This document shows, one piece after another, positions 39,569 through 50,267 of a stretch of DNA of 64,000 nucleotides. A program made the position numbers and the translations under genes. The notes under the pieces are model-generated. The model searched no databases. It worked only from the letters and a program-made list of their open reading frames with translations, and was not told the origin of the DNA. Position 1 is the stretch's first letter, and each line of letters starts with the position of its first letter. The stretch covers positions 32,001-96,000 of the forward strand of contig JAXGZN010000002.1 in the NCBI GenBank assembly GCA_040776945.1, given 5' to 3'. This DNA comes from Methanomassiliicoccaceae archaeon (lineage in GTDB: Archaea; Thermoplasmatota; Thermoplasmata; Methanomassiliicoccales; Methanomassiliicoccaceae).

Positions 39569-40546
39569 ATGTCAGGCCTAGCGCGTAGGGATGGCACGCC
39601 GTCTGAGCTTCACGAGAGACTGTCGGCACTTGAAAAGGAGAACGCCCTCGCCCGGCTGGAGCTGGAAAGGTTGAATGCCGAGCGGGAAGGGATGCGCGAT
39701 CTTCACCGGGCCACCCTGAACCTGCTCGAGGATGTGGACGAGGAAAGATCGAAGTACTACAATGCTCAGCGGGCCCTCTTGAACCTACTGGAGGACGCTG
39801 ACGAAGAGCGCTCCAGGGTCGAGCACACCAAGGCGAGGCTGGAGCTGGTGAACAACGAGCTGGAGACGTTCTCATCATCGGTCTCCCACGACCTGCAGGC
39901 GCCCCTGCGGGCCATCAAGGGCCTGTCCCAAGCGGTCCTTGAGGACCAGCAAGACAGGCTGGACGAGGTAGGGAGACGATATCTGGTGCTAATGCGTGAC
40001 AGCGCCATAAAGATGGAGATATTGATAGAGGATGTCCTGGAGTTCTCCAGGCTCAACCGCCAATCAATGATGAGGTCCCACATAGACCTGAGCTCGATCG
40101 CCAGGTCGACCTTCGCCGAGCTGTATGCCCTTGAACAGGGCCGAAACATAGCGCTCGTCACCAACGGAACGCCATTGGTCACGGGGGACGAGGCCATGCT
40201 CCGACGCGTCATGTCCAACCTCCTTTCCAACTCCATCAAGTTCACCAGGGACAGGGAGGATGCGCTTATCGAGTTCGGCTTCGAGCCGGAGAGCGGCTCC
40301 TACTATGTCCGCGATAATGGAGTGGGCTTCGACATGCAGTACGCCGATCGGCTGTTCGATGTCTTCCACAGACTGCATCCCGGGTCGGAGTATAAGGGCA
40401 CGGGCATGGGTCTGGCCCTGGTAAAGAGGATCATTGGCCGTCACGGCGGGAGGATATGGGCAGTCGGTGATGCTGGAAAAGGCGCCTCGTTCCATTTCAC
40501 CCTCCCCGATGGCAATATGGGCGGAGGCGATCCACCGCGCACCTGA
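39569..40546 (+). CDS. Histidine kinase without a sensor domain
   Basis: SVSHDLQAPLR, NLLSNSIKF, DNGVGF, GTGMGLA, HGGRIW. Confidence 0.93.
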   Translation: MSGLARRDGTPSELHERLSALEKENALARLELERLNAEREGMRDLHRATLNLLEDVDEERSKYYNAQRALLNLLEDADEERSRVEHTKARLELVNNELETFSSSVSHDLQAPLRAIKGLSQAVLEDQQDRLDEVGRRYLVLMRDSAIKMEILIEDVLEFSRLNRQSMMRSHIDLSSIARSTFAELYALEQGRNIALVTNGTPLVTGDEAMLRRVMSNLLSNSIKFTRDREDALIEFGFEPESGSYYVRDNGVGFDMQYADRLFDVFHRLHPGSEYKGTGMGLALVKRIIGRHGGRIWAVGDAGKGASFHFTLPDGNMGGGDPPRT

Positions 40547-40781
40547 TGCTCTGACGCGATCCCCATCCGCTTCCGTCCGTGCAGCATGGTCAGGGGCGAT
40601 CGCGGCCTCTTATATATAGAGGTCATCCGGATGGGAAAGCCCCTGTCCGCGATCGCCTAAGCGGAAAAAAGCATGATGCTGTAGCACAATCACCCTCAGC
40701 CTCTCTTATGGAGGACAACGCGGCCACCTTTAGCGGCCTTGAACGATCGCAGAGGAAGCGTATGAGGGGACCAGACCGAGC

Positions 40782-42287
40782 ATGGAACGTATGAGTATTC
40801 TTATATTGGAGGACAATGAGGCGGACCTCGAGCTTATCAAGCGGGAGCTTCGTTCCGTGCGTTACCATTCCGATATCGAATGGGCCTGGAGCAAGGCCAC
40901 TTTCTTGGACGCCCTGGAGCGCAAGGCACCGCAGATCGTGTTGTTGGACTACTCTCTTCCTGGATTCGACGGACTGACCGCAATGGCCATGGTCCGTGAT
41001 AGGTTTCCGGAGGTCAGGACGATCATCGTGTCCGGAGGGATCGGGGAGGAAACGGCGATAGAGGCGCTGAAGACAGGAGCCACGGACTACGTGCTCAAGA
41101 AACATCTCCACCGCCTCGGTCCTGTCATCGCCCGGACCATCCAGGAGATCGAGGAAACGGCCGAGAGAAGGAAGGCGGAGGCGGCCCTGGAAGAGAGCAG
41201 GAAAAGGTTCCATTCCCTGTTCTCGTCGAGCAATGAAGGCATCTGCCTGCACGAGATGGTGTATGACCCGAAAGGAAATGCCGTGGACTACAGGATAATC
41301 GATGCGAACCCGGCGTACGAGGCAATCACAGGCATTCCCCGCAATGAAGCGGTGGGCTCGATCGCCTCTGTGCTGTACAGGAGCACGCCTCCGCCGTATT
41401 TCGATCATTACCTCAAGGTCGTGGAGACCGGGCAGCCGTTCCGATTTGAGACCTACTATCCTCCAATGAGGAGGCACCTATTGATCTCGGCCTTCCTTAC
41501 GGAAAAGGACCAGTTCGCGACCATGTTCATGGACGTGACCGAGCGAAAGCACCTGGAGGCCGAGCTGAAGAGGAAGGCAGAGGAGCTAGAGCGTTCCAAC
41601 GCCGAGCTGCAGCAGTTCGCATATGTTGCCTCGCACGACCTGCAAGAGCCGCTGCGGATGATATCTTCCCATCTCGACCTTCTTAGGAGGCGGCACGGAG
41701 ACCAGCTGAACAGTTCGGCCCTGCAGCACCTGGAGTTCGCGGTGGATGGTTCTCTGCGCATGAAGGCCCTGATCAGCGACCTGCTCCTGTATTCAAGGCT
41801 GGAATCGCGCGGCAGGGTCTTTGAAAGAGTGGACCTGTCCGAGTCCTTGCGGCAAGCTATGAACAACCTGCGTGCCTGCATCGATGAGAGCAAGGCCGCC
41901 ATCAAGGCCCACGGGCTCCCTGAGGTGATGGCCGACCAAGTTCAGATGGTGCAGCTCTTCCAGAACCTTATAAGCAACGCCATCAAGTTCCGCGGCGCCT
42001 CGGCGCCAGAGATATCGATCCTCGTCGATGACAACGGGGAGGAATGGAACGTCCATGTCAAGGACACCGGCATCGGCATGGACCCCGTGCACAAGGAACG
42101 GATCTTCCAAATGTTCCAGCGCCTACATACCAAGGACGAGTATCCCGGCACCGGCATCGGTCTGGCCATTTGCAAGAAGATCGTTGAGCGCCATGGCGGG
42201 CGCATATGGGTGGACTCGGAACCGGGAAAAGGCTCGACGTTCTCGTTCTCCCTGCCGAAAATGGAGACGAACAGCGCCGCTGCCTGA
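40782..42287 (+). CDS. Receiver-PAS-histidine kinase hybrid
   Basis: ILEDNEAD, LLDYSLPG, DYVLK; PAS; ASHDLQEPLR, NAIKF, GTGIGLA. Confidence 0.93.
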   Translation: MERMSILILEDNEADLELIKRELRSVRYHSDIEWAWSKATFLDALERKAPQIVLLDYSLPGFDGLTAMAMVRDRFPEVRTIIVSGGIGEETAIEALKTGATDYVLKKHLHRLGPVIARTIQEIEETAERRKAEAALEESRKRFHSLFSSSNEGICLHEMVYDPKGNAVDYRIIDANPAYEAITGIPRNEAVGSIASVLYRSTPPPYFDHYLKVVETGQPFRFETYYPPMRRHLLISAFLTEKDQFATMFMDVTERKHLEAELKRKAEELERSNAELQQFAYVASHDLQEPLRMISSHLDLLRRRHGDQLNSSALQHLEFAVDGSLRMKALISDLLLYSRLESRGRVFERVDLSESLRQAMNNLRACIDESKAAIKAHGLPEVMADQVQMVQLFQNLISNAIKFRGASAPEISILVDDNGEEWNVHVKDTGIGMDPVHKERIFQMFQRLHTKDEYPGTGIGLAICKKIVERHGGRIWVDSEPGKGSTFSFSLPKMETNSAAA

Positions 42288-42537
42288 TCTGGTCCGCACC
42301 ATTTCACATCGACCCTCCCAACGCGCTCGGCGGCCTGAGCACCCTCCCTTGGAATGAAAGTCCGAACTAAAGTACCTCGGCATAAGGACCCGTCATATTG
42401 CTGCATTGTTCGAACGAGGACGGCGGTTTTATCTATGGACATCTCCAGTATAGCGAACCAGCGCGGCCCGGGCATTTCCCCGGGCCCGACAATGGTCCGA
42501 GCAGATGAGAGACCGGCCAATGGGCAGGTAGTTGCCT

Positions 42538-44454
42538 ATGGGACCCGAGAACGGAGAGAACGGGAACGCGAACCTGGACGAGAGACAGGCACGCTTGCTT
42601 TTCGACACCATGCTACAGGGCGTGGTCTTCCAAAACGCAGACGGTGAGATAATCTCCATGAACCTGGCGGCAGAACAGATCCTCGGAAAGCCCATAGGGG
42701 ATTTCATCGGACAGTCGTCGGTGAAAGTGGAGAGGGACAGCATCAGGGAGGATGGAACGCCCTATCCCGGACTGGAGCATCCGGCCATGGTGTCCCTGCG
42801 GACCGGACGGGAGATCAAGGACGCGGTCATGGGCATATTCAATCCTAGGGAGCGGAGATATCGCTGGATATCCATAACGGCAGTGCCTCTGTTCCGTCCG
42901 GATGAGGACCGACCGTACCAGGTCTATACTCTTTTCCGGGACATAACCGAGGAGAAGCGCATCGGGGAAGCGCTGCGGAAGAGCGAGGCAAGGTATCGTG
43001 AGCTGTTCAATTCGATGACCGAAGGGATCGCCGTTGTCGAGCCCACCTTGATGAGCGGCCGCATCGCCTTCATCTGCCGGGACGTGAACCCTGCATGGGA
43101 GCGCATGTTCGGCCGGGCCAAGCCAGATGTCGTGGGGCGGTCTCTGCACGATGTGTTCGGCCACGAGGTCAGCGCCGAGGTGGTCAAGGCCCTGATGGAG
43201 GTCGGCGAGACCGGGCGGCCAGAGATCCTGGAGGAGCATCTGGCGGGACCCGATCGGTATTACAACATCCATATTTGGAGCATCGGAGAAAGGAGCATGG
43301 TCGTCGGCCTAACCGATATTACGGATATCAAGAGGGCGCAGGTCGAGGCGGAGAGGCAGCGTGAGCGGCTGCAGCTTATTTTGGACAACACGCCGGTGGC
43401 CATTGGGATCACCGACAAGGAAGGACGAACCATCCTGGACAACGGGATGCTGGAGAAGATATGGAGGGGCCGGCCTGCGCAAGAGGGGACGGCCGACCGC
43501 TCCCAATGCAGGGCATGGTGGGCCGGCACCAGGCGGCCGGTCGGGCCAGACGAATGGCCGGCCGTTCGCGCGCTGAGGGGCGAGGCCTCGACGGCCACCT
43601 TCGACATAGAGAGGCTCGACGGCACACAAGGCGCTCTGGTCGTCTCCGCCACCCCCATCCTTGACCGTGATGGCAGCGTTGCCGGAACGGTCTGGACCAA
43701 CCAGGACGTCTCCGAACTGAGGAGCACGGTGGAGGCCCTCAGGAGGTCAAACGCCCAGCTTCAGCAATATGCGCATATCGCATCGCACGACCTGCAGGAA
43801 CCGCTGAGGATGGTGTCAAGCTACCTCCAGCTGCTCGAGAGGAGGGAAAGGGAGAAGCTCGATCCGATCTCCAAGAGGTACATCGATTACGCGGTGGAGG
43901 GAGCTGGCCGGATGAGGGCCATGATCAATGACATTCTCATCTACTCAAGCGTGGAAGGCGGCGAGGAGGAGCTTCGACCGGTGAACATGGAGGAAGTGCT
44001 CCCCGTCGTCCTGTGGGACCTTGCTCCAGCGATCTCGGAGAGCGGAGCGTCGATCACCCACGACCTCCTGCCCACCGTCCAGGCGGACCGGGCACAGATG
44101 GTCCTGCTGCTGGAGAACCTGATAGGCAATGCCATTAAATACAGAGGGTTAGCAGCGCCTCAGGTCCACATCTCCTCACGAAGGGAGGGCGGGGAGATGA
44201 TACTCTCAGTAGCTGACAATGGCATAGGCATCGATCCGAGGTATGCGAACAAGCTTTTCCGCATGTTCTCCCGGCTGCACGCCAGAGAAGAATATCCAGG
44301 TACCGGTATGGGACTGACGATATGCAAGAGGATCGTGGAGCGCCACGGGGGACGCATATGGTTCGAGAGCGAGCTGGACGAGGGAACGACGTTCTACTTC
44401 AGCCTGCCCATCGCCGCGAGTACGTCAGGGAACGGCGGCGGCTACGCCCCCTAG
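42538..44454 (+). CDS. Multi-PAS histidine kinase
   Basis: Three PAS-like segments, ASHDLQEPLR, NAIKY, DNGIGI, GTGMGL. Confidence 0.92.
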   Translation: MGPENGENGNANLDERQARLLFDTMLQGVVFQNADGEIISMNLAAEQILGKPIGDFIGQSSVKVERDSIREDGTPYPGLEHPAMVSLRTGREIKDAVMGIFNPRERRYRWISITAVPLFRPDEDRPYQVYTLFRDITEEKRIGEALRKSEARYRELFNSMTEGIAVVEPTLMSGRIAFICRDVNPAWERMFGRAKPDVVGRSLHDVFGHEVSAEVVKALMEVGETGRPEILEEHLAGPDRYYNIHIWSIGERSMVVGLTDITDIKRAQVEAERQRERLQLILDNTPVAIGITDKEGRTILDNGMLEKIWRGRPAQEGTADRSQCRAWWAGTRRPVGPDEWPAVRALRGEASTATFDIERLDGTQGALVVSATPILDRDGSVAGTVWTNQDVSELRSTVEALRRSNAQLQQYAHIASHDLQEPLRMVSSYLQLLERREREKLDPISKRYIDYAVEGAGRMRAMINDILIYSSVEGGEEELRPVNMEEVLPVVLWDLAPAISESGASITHDLLPTVQADRAQMVLLLENLIGNAIKYRGLAAPQVHISSRREGGEMILSVADNGIGIDPRYANKLFRMFSRLHAREEYPGTGMGLTICKRIVERHGGRIWFESELDEGTTFYFSLPIAASTSGNGGGYAP

Positions 44455-44899
44455 GACGATAACCTCCAAATATGCAGAACCGGAGAGGGGTCCGAGCTAG
44501 ACCGATGGGTCGACCAAGGCCGCATTGAGGGCGGCCCTTCACGGCGTTCCCGCAGAAATTGGTGCGTGAAAAAAGCGCATCATCTCGGTCCGCGCGAAGA
44601 TGAGGGGGCGTGGTGCGGCCAGGTCATGAAGGCGCTGAAGGCACGCACTGGCCATCATCATGGCTGAGATCTCGGCGGATTCATGTCCGGCCGGGCCCTG
44701 ATCGGAAGGACACGGCCTTCATTCGACCATGGTGCTTGCGCTCACATTTACGCCTGCTGTCAGGAACAGGGCCAGGGACGGCAGGGAATGGACAGGTCGG
44801 GGCAAGCTGCCGAAGGTTCTCAATGATCTCATTAAATTAACAGACATGACCTCAAGGTCCGACACAGCCGGTTCAAGAGGCCAGTTATCCGTTCGCAGC

Positions 44900-45103
44900 T
44901 CACTCCGGCTTATATCCAGCGTCCTTGATCTTCTGCTTCATCTGGTCCACGGAGGCCTTTCCCTCATGGTCCACCTTGACCTTCCCGGTCTTCAGATCGA
45001 CGTTCACGCTCGATATGCCGGGCAAGGTCCTCAGTGCGTTCTCCACGTTCTGTGCGCAGCCACCGCACTTCATGCCCTTGACGATCAAGACAGCTTCAGC
45101 CAT
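44900..45103 (-). CDS. Heavy-metal-associated (CopZ-like) chaperone
   Basis: GMKCGGC and C-terminal IKDAGY. Confidence 0.9.
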   Translation of the reverse strand: MAEAVLIVKGMKCGGCAQNVENALRTLPGISSVNVDLKTGKVKVDHEGKASVDQMKQKIKDAGYKPE

Positions 45104-45646
45104 TGTCCTCGAAACTGAGATGGAGCTGATGGTTAAAATAGTACACGAATTGCCGGCGGGATGCTAACGATGAACGACGGGTCCGCAATAGGTCCCAACC
45201 AGGCCATCGGCCTCTCCATCGCATGATCGTTTTTTACATTGCTCGTGATAGGCCCCGGGACGATCGAAAGGAAGAAATGGCACGTCCACAAACGCCCGCA
45301 TCATGCCCAACGGCCTTCGAGTGACCATCTGGAGAAGTACCACGGTCTCTCTCCCGCCCCGGACCATCCGATCGGTGTCACGAGGAGAGCGGAGATGGAG
45401 GGACCGGCTTGAGCCTGGAAATGGAAGTGGAAGGACAGCAAGAGGGTTGCCATGAATGGGATGATGGAAGAACGGGACTGGAGCTCGAGGCGGCCGATGC
45501 CATATCTCCGGCCCCGATGGCGGCCGTTACCATTTAGGGGCCTGCCAGTTCGACCTTTATCGTCCCCTCGTTTTCTTGAGGCCTAGCGAGCCACCTCGTT
45601 GATGGCCGCGGACCCTATTAATAGGCGGACGATATGCACTCGCTAA

Positions 45647-46543
45647 ATGGCGGCGAACGTGGGTCGGAGCGAGGGTCTATTGCTGATGACAGGGGCTCTC
45701 TGGGGCACGGCCTATGTGGCCATCAAGGTAGGCTTGATGGACGGCGACCCTTATCTTTTCGCCCTCCTCCGTTTCATCCTAGGTTCTGCGGTACTTTTCG
45801 CTTTCATAGCCTATACTAAAAGATACGATCACTCCCTGTTCCGAGACCGCACCATCTGGCTGGTTGGTCTTTTGAACGCGCTGTGCATCGCCCTGCAGAA
45901 CGTGGGCATTACCATGACCACGGCCACCAACGCCGTGCTTCTGTTCAACATCAACGTCGGTTTCGTGGCCATTCTTGCCGCGGTGATCCTGAAGGACAAG
46001 CTGGCGCGCAGAGTGCTGGTCGGCCTTTTCACCGGCATGGTCGGGGTGCTTCTCATCTCCACCAACGGGGACCTTTCCACGATCTACAGCGGCACCTTCC
46101 AGGGGAACCTGCTCGTCCTATTGTCAGGGATACTATGGGCCTTCTGCACCGTGTACCTCAAGCGGGTCCTTGACAGAGGGAAGGACGTCACCATGGTCAC
46201 CGGGGCGATGTTCCTGCTGTCGGTGGTGTTCCTTCTGCCTATCACCGCGGTCTTCACCACCAACTACGCGATGGACGGGGCGGCATGGCCGTCCGTGATC
46301 TGGACGGGCGTGGTGTGCACCGGCATCGCCTACTTGACCTACAACCTCGGGCTGCGCCGCGTGAGCGTCACCATAGCCACCATCATCCTCCTGTCCGAAG
46401 TGGTCTTCGCTATGCTCTTTGCACTACTGCTCTTGGGAGAGGTCCCGACTGGCTCCATCGCCCTGGGAGGCGGACTGATCGTCCTCTCCGTGCTCATCAT
46501 CTCGCTGGCAGACCGTCCGGCCCTATCGAATCGCCCAAGGTAG
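45647..46543 (+). CDS. DMT/EamA family transporter
   Basis: LWGTAYVAIK, about 10 TM helices, two EamA repeats, LLGE. Confidence 0.9.
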   Translation: MAANVGRSEGLLLMTGALWGTAYVAIKVGLMDGDPYLFALLRFILGSAVLFAFIAYTKRYDHSLFRDRTIWLVGLLNALCIALQNVGITMTTATNAVLLFNINVGFVAILAAVILKDKLARRVLVGLFTGMVGVLLISTNGDLSTIYSGTFQGNLLVLLSGILWAFCTVYLKRVLDRGKDVTMVTGAMFLLSVVFLLPITAVFTTNYAMDGAAWPSVIWTGVVCTGIAYLTYNLGLRRVSVTIATIILLSEVVFAMLFALLLLGEVPTGSIALGGGLIVLSVLIISLADRPALSNRPR

Positions 46544-46708
46544 GTTCTAAAGATGCGATAGGGCCCCTACGCGACGCTAAAGTTCTAAAACCGGATAGAA
46601 CGAAGCATCGCCGGCAAGAAGCTCAATGACTTATGGAGGAAATCACCAGTAATAGTGTCAAAAACCCCCTCTATTGAAAATCGTTTTGAGATATCTGGAT
46701 ATGGTTGA

Positions 46709-46786
46709 TGGTGGGTCTGCCCGAATTTGAATCGGGGTCTAAGGCTCCCAAAGCCCCAAGGATGGACCAAGCTACCCCACAGACCC
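46709..46786 (-). tRNA. tRNA-Pro(TGG) with encoded CCA
   Basis: GGGTCTGTGGGGTAGCTTGGTCCATCCTTGGGGCTTTGGGAGCCTTAGACCCCGATTCAAATTCGGGCAGACCCACCA. Confidence 0.95.
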
Positions 46787-46901
46787 TTTGAGCCGAGTAA
46801 TACGAACCTCTCAATAAAGCTTCGCCCCCGCTCCCGTTTCCGCCGGAGCGCTGATAACGGTCCAGCAAGGGTTAAAAGAGAAATCCCTCATCGGAGTGGG
46901 C

Positions 46902-48068
46902 ATGAAGGGAGGAGGCATCATGGCCGCGGCCGCCTTGACCGTGGTCATTCTCATCGGCGCCGGGCTCTACGCTCTGGTCATCGCCGATGAGACGGGCGGA
47001 AACGTGGGATTCCAGAACGGGGACCTCGTCAAGCCGACCACCCCCCTCGCCCAAGCGGCCGCCGGCCCCCTTATGGACAACGTCTCGGCGGTGCCGATCA
47101 ACGCCGAGAACATCAACCTGTTCTGGAACATAACCGAGGACATCTATGCCGGATATGGCGGTGCGTTGCAGCTCCGAGTGGAGAACAAGAATTCCGGGAC
47201 ATTATACGTCTACTCCTTTGGCCTGAAGTGGGTCGATGCCGGCACAAGCTACCTGCGTAATTGCAGCGTCACGATCCCTTCCGGAAGGAGCGGAGAGCTC
47301 GGCCTGCTGCTTTTCGGGGCCCCCTCTGAAGGGAAGGCGAAGTACCAGATAATCGTGAAAGCAGCGGTATCGAACCGTGCCGGCACCGCATGGTATGACG
47401 CCGGAGCGATGCCTAGTAGCTCCAACGCCGCCATCATCACCTCGCTGGCCTCCGCTCAGGAGACCAAGGTCGACCTAAATCTGAGGGACTACTATAACCG
47501 GGTCAACCAGCGCGTGGACACCAAGGTCGTCGAGTCGCTGGCGGAGCGGATCGATGCCGCATACCCTGGCGGGTACAGCACGCTCCAGATAGCTGCGGCC
47601 TATGAATGGGTGAAGAACAACATCGCCTATGCCGCCGATGTGGGGGAGGATTACTGGCAATCAGCCTCGGAGACCATGGATCTGAGGAAGGGCGATTGCG
47701 AGGACCATGCCATCCTGATATGCAGCCTGATCGATGCCCTCGGAGGAAGCTCAAGGGTCAACATCATCAGGGAGCATGCCTTTCCAACAGTGTACATCGG
47801 CTCGACCACGAGCGATCTGGTGAATGCAAGGCGATCGATGGCGTCGTATTATGGTTTGGACGCTACGGAGTACAGGATGACCTATCTCACCGACGATAGC
47901 GGCTATTGGCTGGTGATCGACACGACTGGCTTCCCTTACGCCGGAGGCCTGCCGGCAAAGGCCGCCCCCACCTCCTCCGATGGGGAATGGACGGTGCTTT
48001 CGTCCTACCTTGTGAACGTAGATGTGACGGGAGCACCGGGGAAGGGCAGCATACTTGGCCGCTTCTAG
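46902..48068 (+). CDS. Membrane-anchored transglutaminase-like cysteine protease domain protein
   Basis: N-terminal TM; YWQSASET....GDCEDHA, EHAF, LVIDTT (putative Cys-His-Asp triad). Confidence 0.85.
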   Translation: MKGGGIMAAAALTVVILIGAGLYALVIADETGGNVGFQNGDLVKPTTPLAQAAAGPLMDNVSAVPINAENINLFWNITEDIYAGYGGALQLRVENKNSGTLYVYSFGLKWVDAGTSYLRNCSVTIPSGRSGELGLLLFGAPSEGKAKYQIIVKAAVSNRAGTAWYDAGAMPSSSNAAIITSLASAQETKVDLNLRDYYNRVNQRVDTKVVESLAERIDAAYPGGYSTLQIAAAYEWVKNNIAYAADVGEDYWQSASETMDLRKGDCEDHAILICSLIDALGGSSRVNIIREHAFPTVYIGSTTSDLVNARRSMASYYGLDATEYRMTYLTDDSGYWLVIDTTGFPYAGGLPAKAAPTSSDGEWTVLSSYLVNVDVTGAPGKGSILGRF

Positions 48069-49024
48069 GCCAATATCTCCTGCACCGCCCGGCGGATCGC
48101 TTCCCTACTGTTGAGCTTCGGCTCCCATCCGCAGGCCTCCAGGCGGTCCACGGACAGCAGCATCCTTTTAACGTCCCCGACCCAGCCCCGCCCTCCCTTG
48201 ACCCCGCCGGTCCAGCGGTACTCCACGTTCGGCAGCCCCATCTCCTCGACCACGATGTCGGCGATGTCCTTCACCGTCATCCAGTCGCGGGAGCCGATGT
48301 TGTAGACCTCCACCTGCTCCTTCGCGCCCTCCGCCCCGGCGATCATGCCGCTGACGCAGTCCTTGACGTGCACATAGGACTTTGAGGTACCCGGCTCCGC
48401 CCCTAATATCTCAAGGTGCTCAGGGTCCTCCCTGAGCTTGCGGATGAAGTCGTGAAGGACGTTGTGGGTGGACCTTGTCCCCACCACATTGGCGAAGCGG
48501 TAGAGGACCGCGCTCTGGTCGAAAGTATGGCAGTACGAGGAGACCAGCGCCTCGCAGGCGAGCTTGGACGCACCGTACACCGATATGGGGAGCAACGGCC
48601 CGTAGTCCTCGGGGGTCGGCATGACCGCAGTCTCGCCGTAAACGGTGGAGGTCGACGGGAACAGGATGTCCTTGATCCCATGGTCCTTAGAGGCCTCCAG
48701 CAGACGGTATGTGACCTCGATGTTCTGCTGGAAGTGGATATGGGTGTTCTTAGCTCCGAGGCGGACGTCAGGGTTCGCCGCGAGGTGGCAAAGAACGTCC
48801 GAGCCGCTCAGGACCTTGCCCAGGTCCATGGTGAGGAGGTCGCCCTGCACGAACGTGAACCGGTCGTCCGAGAGCATACCGGTCATGAACTCCCTCTTCC
48901 CCGCGGATAGGTTATCCACGCCCACCACCTCATTGCCCTTAGCAAGGAGCTCTTCAGCTAGATGGCTGGCTATGAAACCGGCGCAGCCGGTGACCACGAT
49001 CCTTCTTCCTTGGAGCTTCATCAT
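48065..49024 (-). CDS. NAD-dependent epimerase/dehydratase (UDP-glucose 4-epimerase-like)
   Basis: VTGCAGFIASH, HLAANPDV, STSTVYG, YGASK; start trimmed from 49252. Confidence 0.92.
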   Translation of the reverse strand: MMKLQGRRIVVTGCAGFIASHLAEELLAKGNEVVGVDNLSAGKREFMTGMLSDDRFTFVQGDLLTMDLGKVLSGSDVLCHLAANPDVRLGAKNTHIHFQQNIEVTYRLLEASKDHGIKDILFPSTSTVYGETAVMPTPEDYGPLLPISVYGASKLACEALVSSYCHTFDQSAVLYRFANVVGTRSTHNVLHDFIRKLREDPEHLEILGAEPGTSKSYVHVKDCVSGMIAGAEGAKEQVEVYNIGSRDWMTVKDIADIVVEEMGLPNVEYRWTGGVKGGRGWVGDVKRMLLSVDRLEACGWEPKLNSREAIRRAVQEILA

Positions 49025-49575
49025 AGGCGTCCCCTGAGCTCGGCGGCGAAGGCCTGAACGGCCCGACCGCGGTGGGAGATACCATTTTTCTCGGTTATTG
49101 ATATTTCGGCGAAGGTTCGATCGTATCCAGACGGTACGAAGATGGGGTCGAACCCAAAGCCTCCGCGGCCGGACGGCGCCGTCGCGATCGAACCGTCGCT
49201 GCGTCCCGATACCGTGAACCTCTCGCCTCTGATGGAGGCGCCTATGCAGCACTCGAAATGAGCTGAGCGGTCCTCGCAGCCTTCCAGCAGGCGCAGGATG
49301 CCCCCCATGCCGATGGTCCGAAGCGCGTAGGCGGAGTACACTCCAGGAAAGCCTTTCAGCGCGTGAACGAAGAGGCCAGAATCATCGATTACTATATCGC
49401 CCATGCCTCTGTCCTCTAGCTGGTCGAGGCACTTAAGAACGACCTCCTGCAGCGAGTCGGCCTGGACCTCGTCACATTCCTCATCGGAGTGCGAGACCTC
49501 GATGCCCATGGGTGCGAGCGCGGAGCGGAACTCCTCGAGCTTGCCCCGGTTCGAAGTGACCAGCGTGAGCCTCAA
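49021..49575 (-). CDS. rdgB: XTP/dITP diphosphatase (HAM1/RdgB family)
   Basis: TSNRGK, DDSGL, FPGVYS, GFGFDPIF, KNGISHRG. Confidence 0.93.
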   Translation of the reverse strand: MRLTLVTSNRGKLEEFRSALAPMGIEVSHSDEECDEVQADSLQEVVLKCLDQLEDRGMGDIVIDDSGLFVHALKGFPGVYSAYALRTIGMGGILRLLEGCEDRSAHFECCIGASIRGERFTVSGRSDGSIATAPSGRGGFGFDPIFVPSGYDRTFAEISITEKNGISHRGRAVQAFAAELRGRL

Positions 49576-50186
49576 GTGTACCGCCCCCGACCCTCTATCT
49601 CCTTCATCTTCCTGATGACCTCAGGCGCACGGTCGAAGTTCTGGAGATATGCGTCTAGGATCTCCGGGAAGAGGTCCAGCAAGGTCGAATGTGCGGACTG
49701 GAACGCTTCCTTGAGCAGATGCAGGTCAACCCCCATCTCCTCGTACAACGCTCCCCTTCCCCCTAGCGAGAAGTCGATGAGCCACACGCGGCCGTCCGCG
49801 AGGACCATGTTGGAGGTGGTGAGGTCCCCGTGGACGATGCCTCCGCGGTGCAGAAGCGCGGTAAGCCTGCCGATCTCCCGGCACAGATCCTTGGCCCGGT
49901 CCTTCGAAGCGCTCTCCAGCTCGTCCTTGACCCGAGGGCCCCTTATCTCTTCCATGGTGATCTCGGCAGCGGCCGGGTCGATGTCGTAGATCACCGGGGT
50001 CGGTACCCCGAGCTCACGGGCATCGCGGATCAACCGTGCTTCGTTCCTTGTACGGGAGGCACGAAGCGACCGGTCGAGACCCTCGTGCCTGTACTCCTTG
50101 GGCACCCTGGTCTTGACGATCACATCGCGGCCCAGCCAGCGTCCCCGCCTTATCTCGGCCTCAGCCCCCCGGCGTAAGATCTCCAT
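49572..50186 (-). CDS. bud32: KEOPS complex kinase/ATPase Bud32
   Basis: RGAEA, KTRVPKEYRH, RTRNEAR, HGDLTTSN, IDFSL, IEGRGRY. Confidence 0.93.
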   Translation of the reverse strand: MEILRRGAEAEIRRGRWLGRDVIVKTRVPKEYRHEGLDRSLRASRTRNEARLIRDARELGVPTPVIYDIDPAAAEITMEEIRGPRVKDELESASKDRAKDLCREIGRLTALLHRGGIVHGDLTTSNMVLADGRVWLIDFSLGGRGALYEEMGVDLHLLKEAFQSAHSTLLDLFPEILDAYLQNFDRAPEVIRKMKEIEGRGRYT

Positions 50187-50267
50187 GCGCTCTTGTGAAG
50201 GGCTAGGGATACATAAGGATTGCACTGGGCCGCCAGCGGCATGATCCTCTCTCAGAGGTCTGGTCGG

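Noticed and set aside
39565-39571. Pyrrolysine (TAG) read-through fusing the PAS protein to the kinase
   Set aside because: The kinase ATG is in a different frame and read-through meets another TAG after six codons; I saw no in-frame TAG interrupting any conserved gene in the window
44729-44850. H-NS-like motif WTGRGKLPK in ORF 44729-45118
   Set aside because: Short match, no oligomerisation domain, and the ORF runs antisense through the copZ-like gene; probably chance
37167-46786. Genomic island integrated at tRNA-Pro
   Set aside because: Accessory-looking genes lie 3' of the tRNA, but I saw no integrase, no duplicated tRNA 3' end and no clear composition shift
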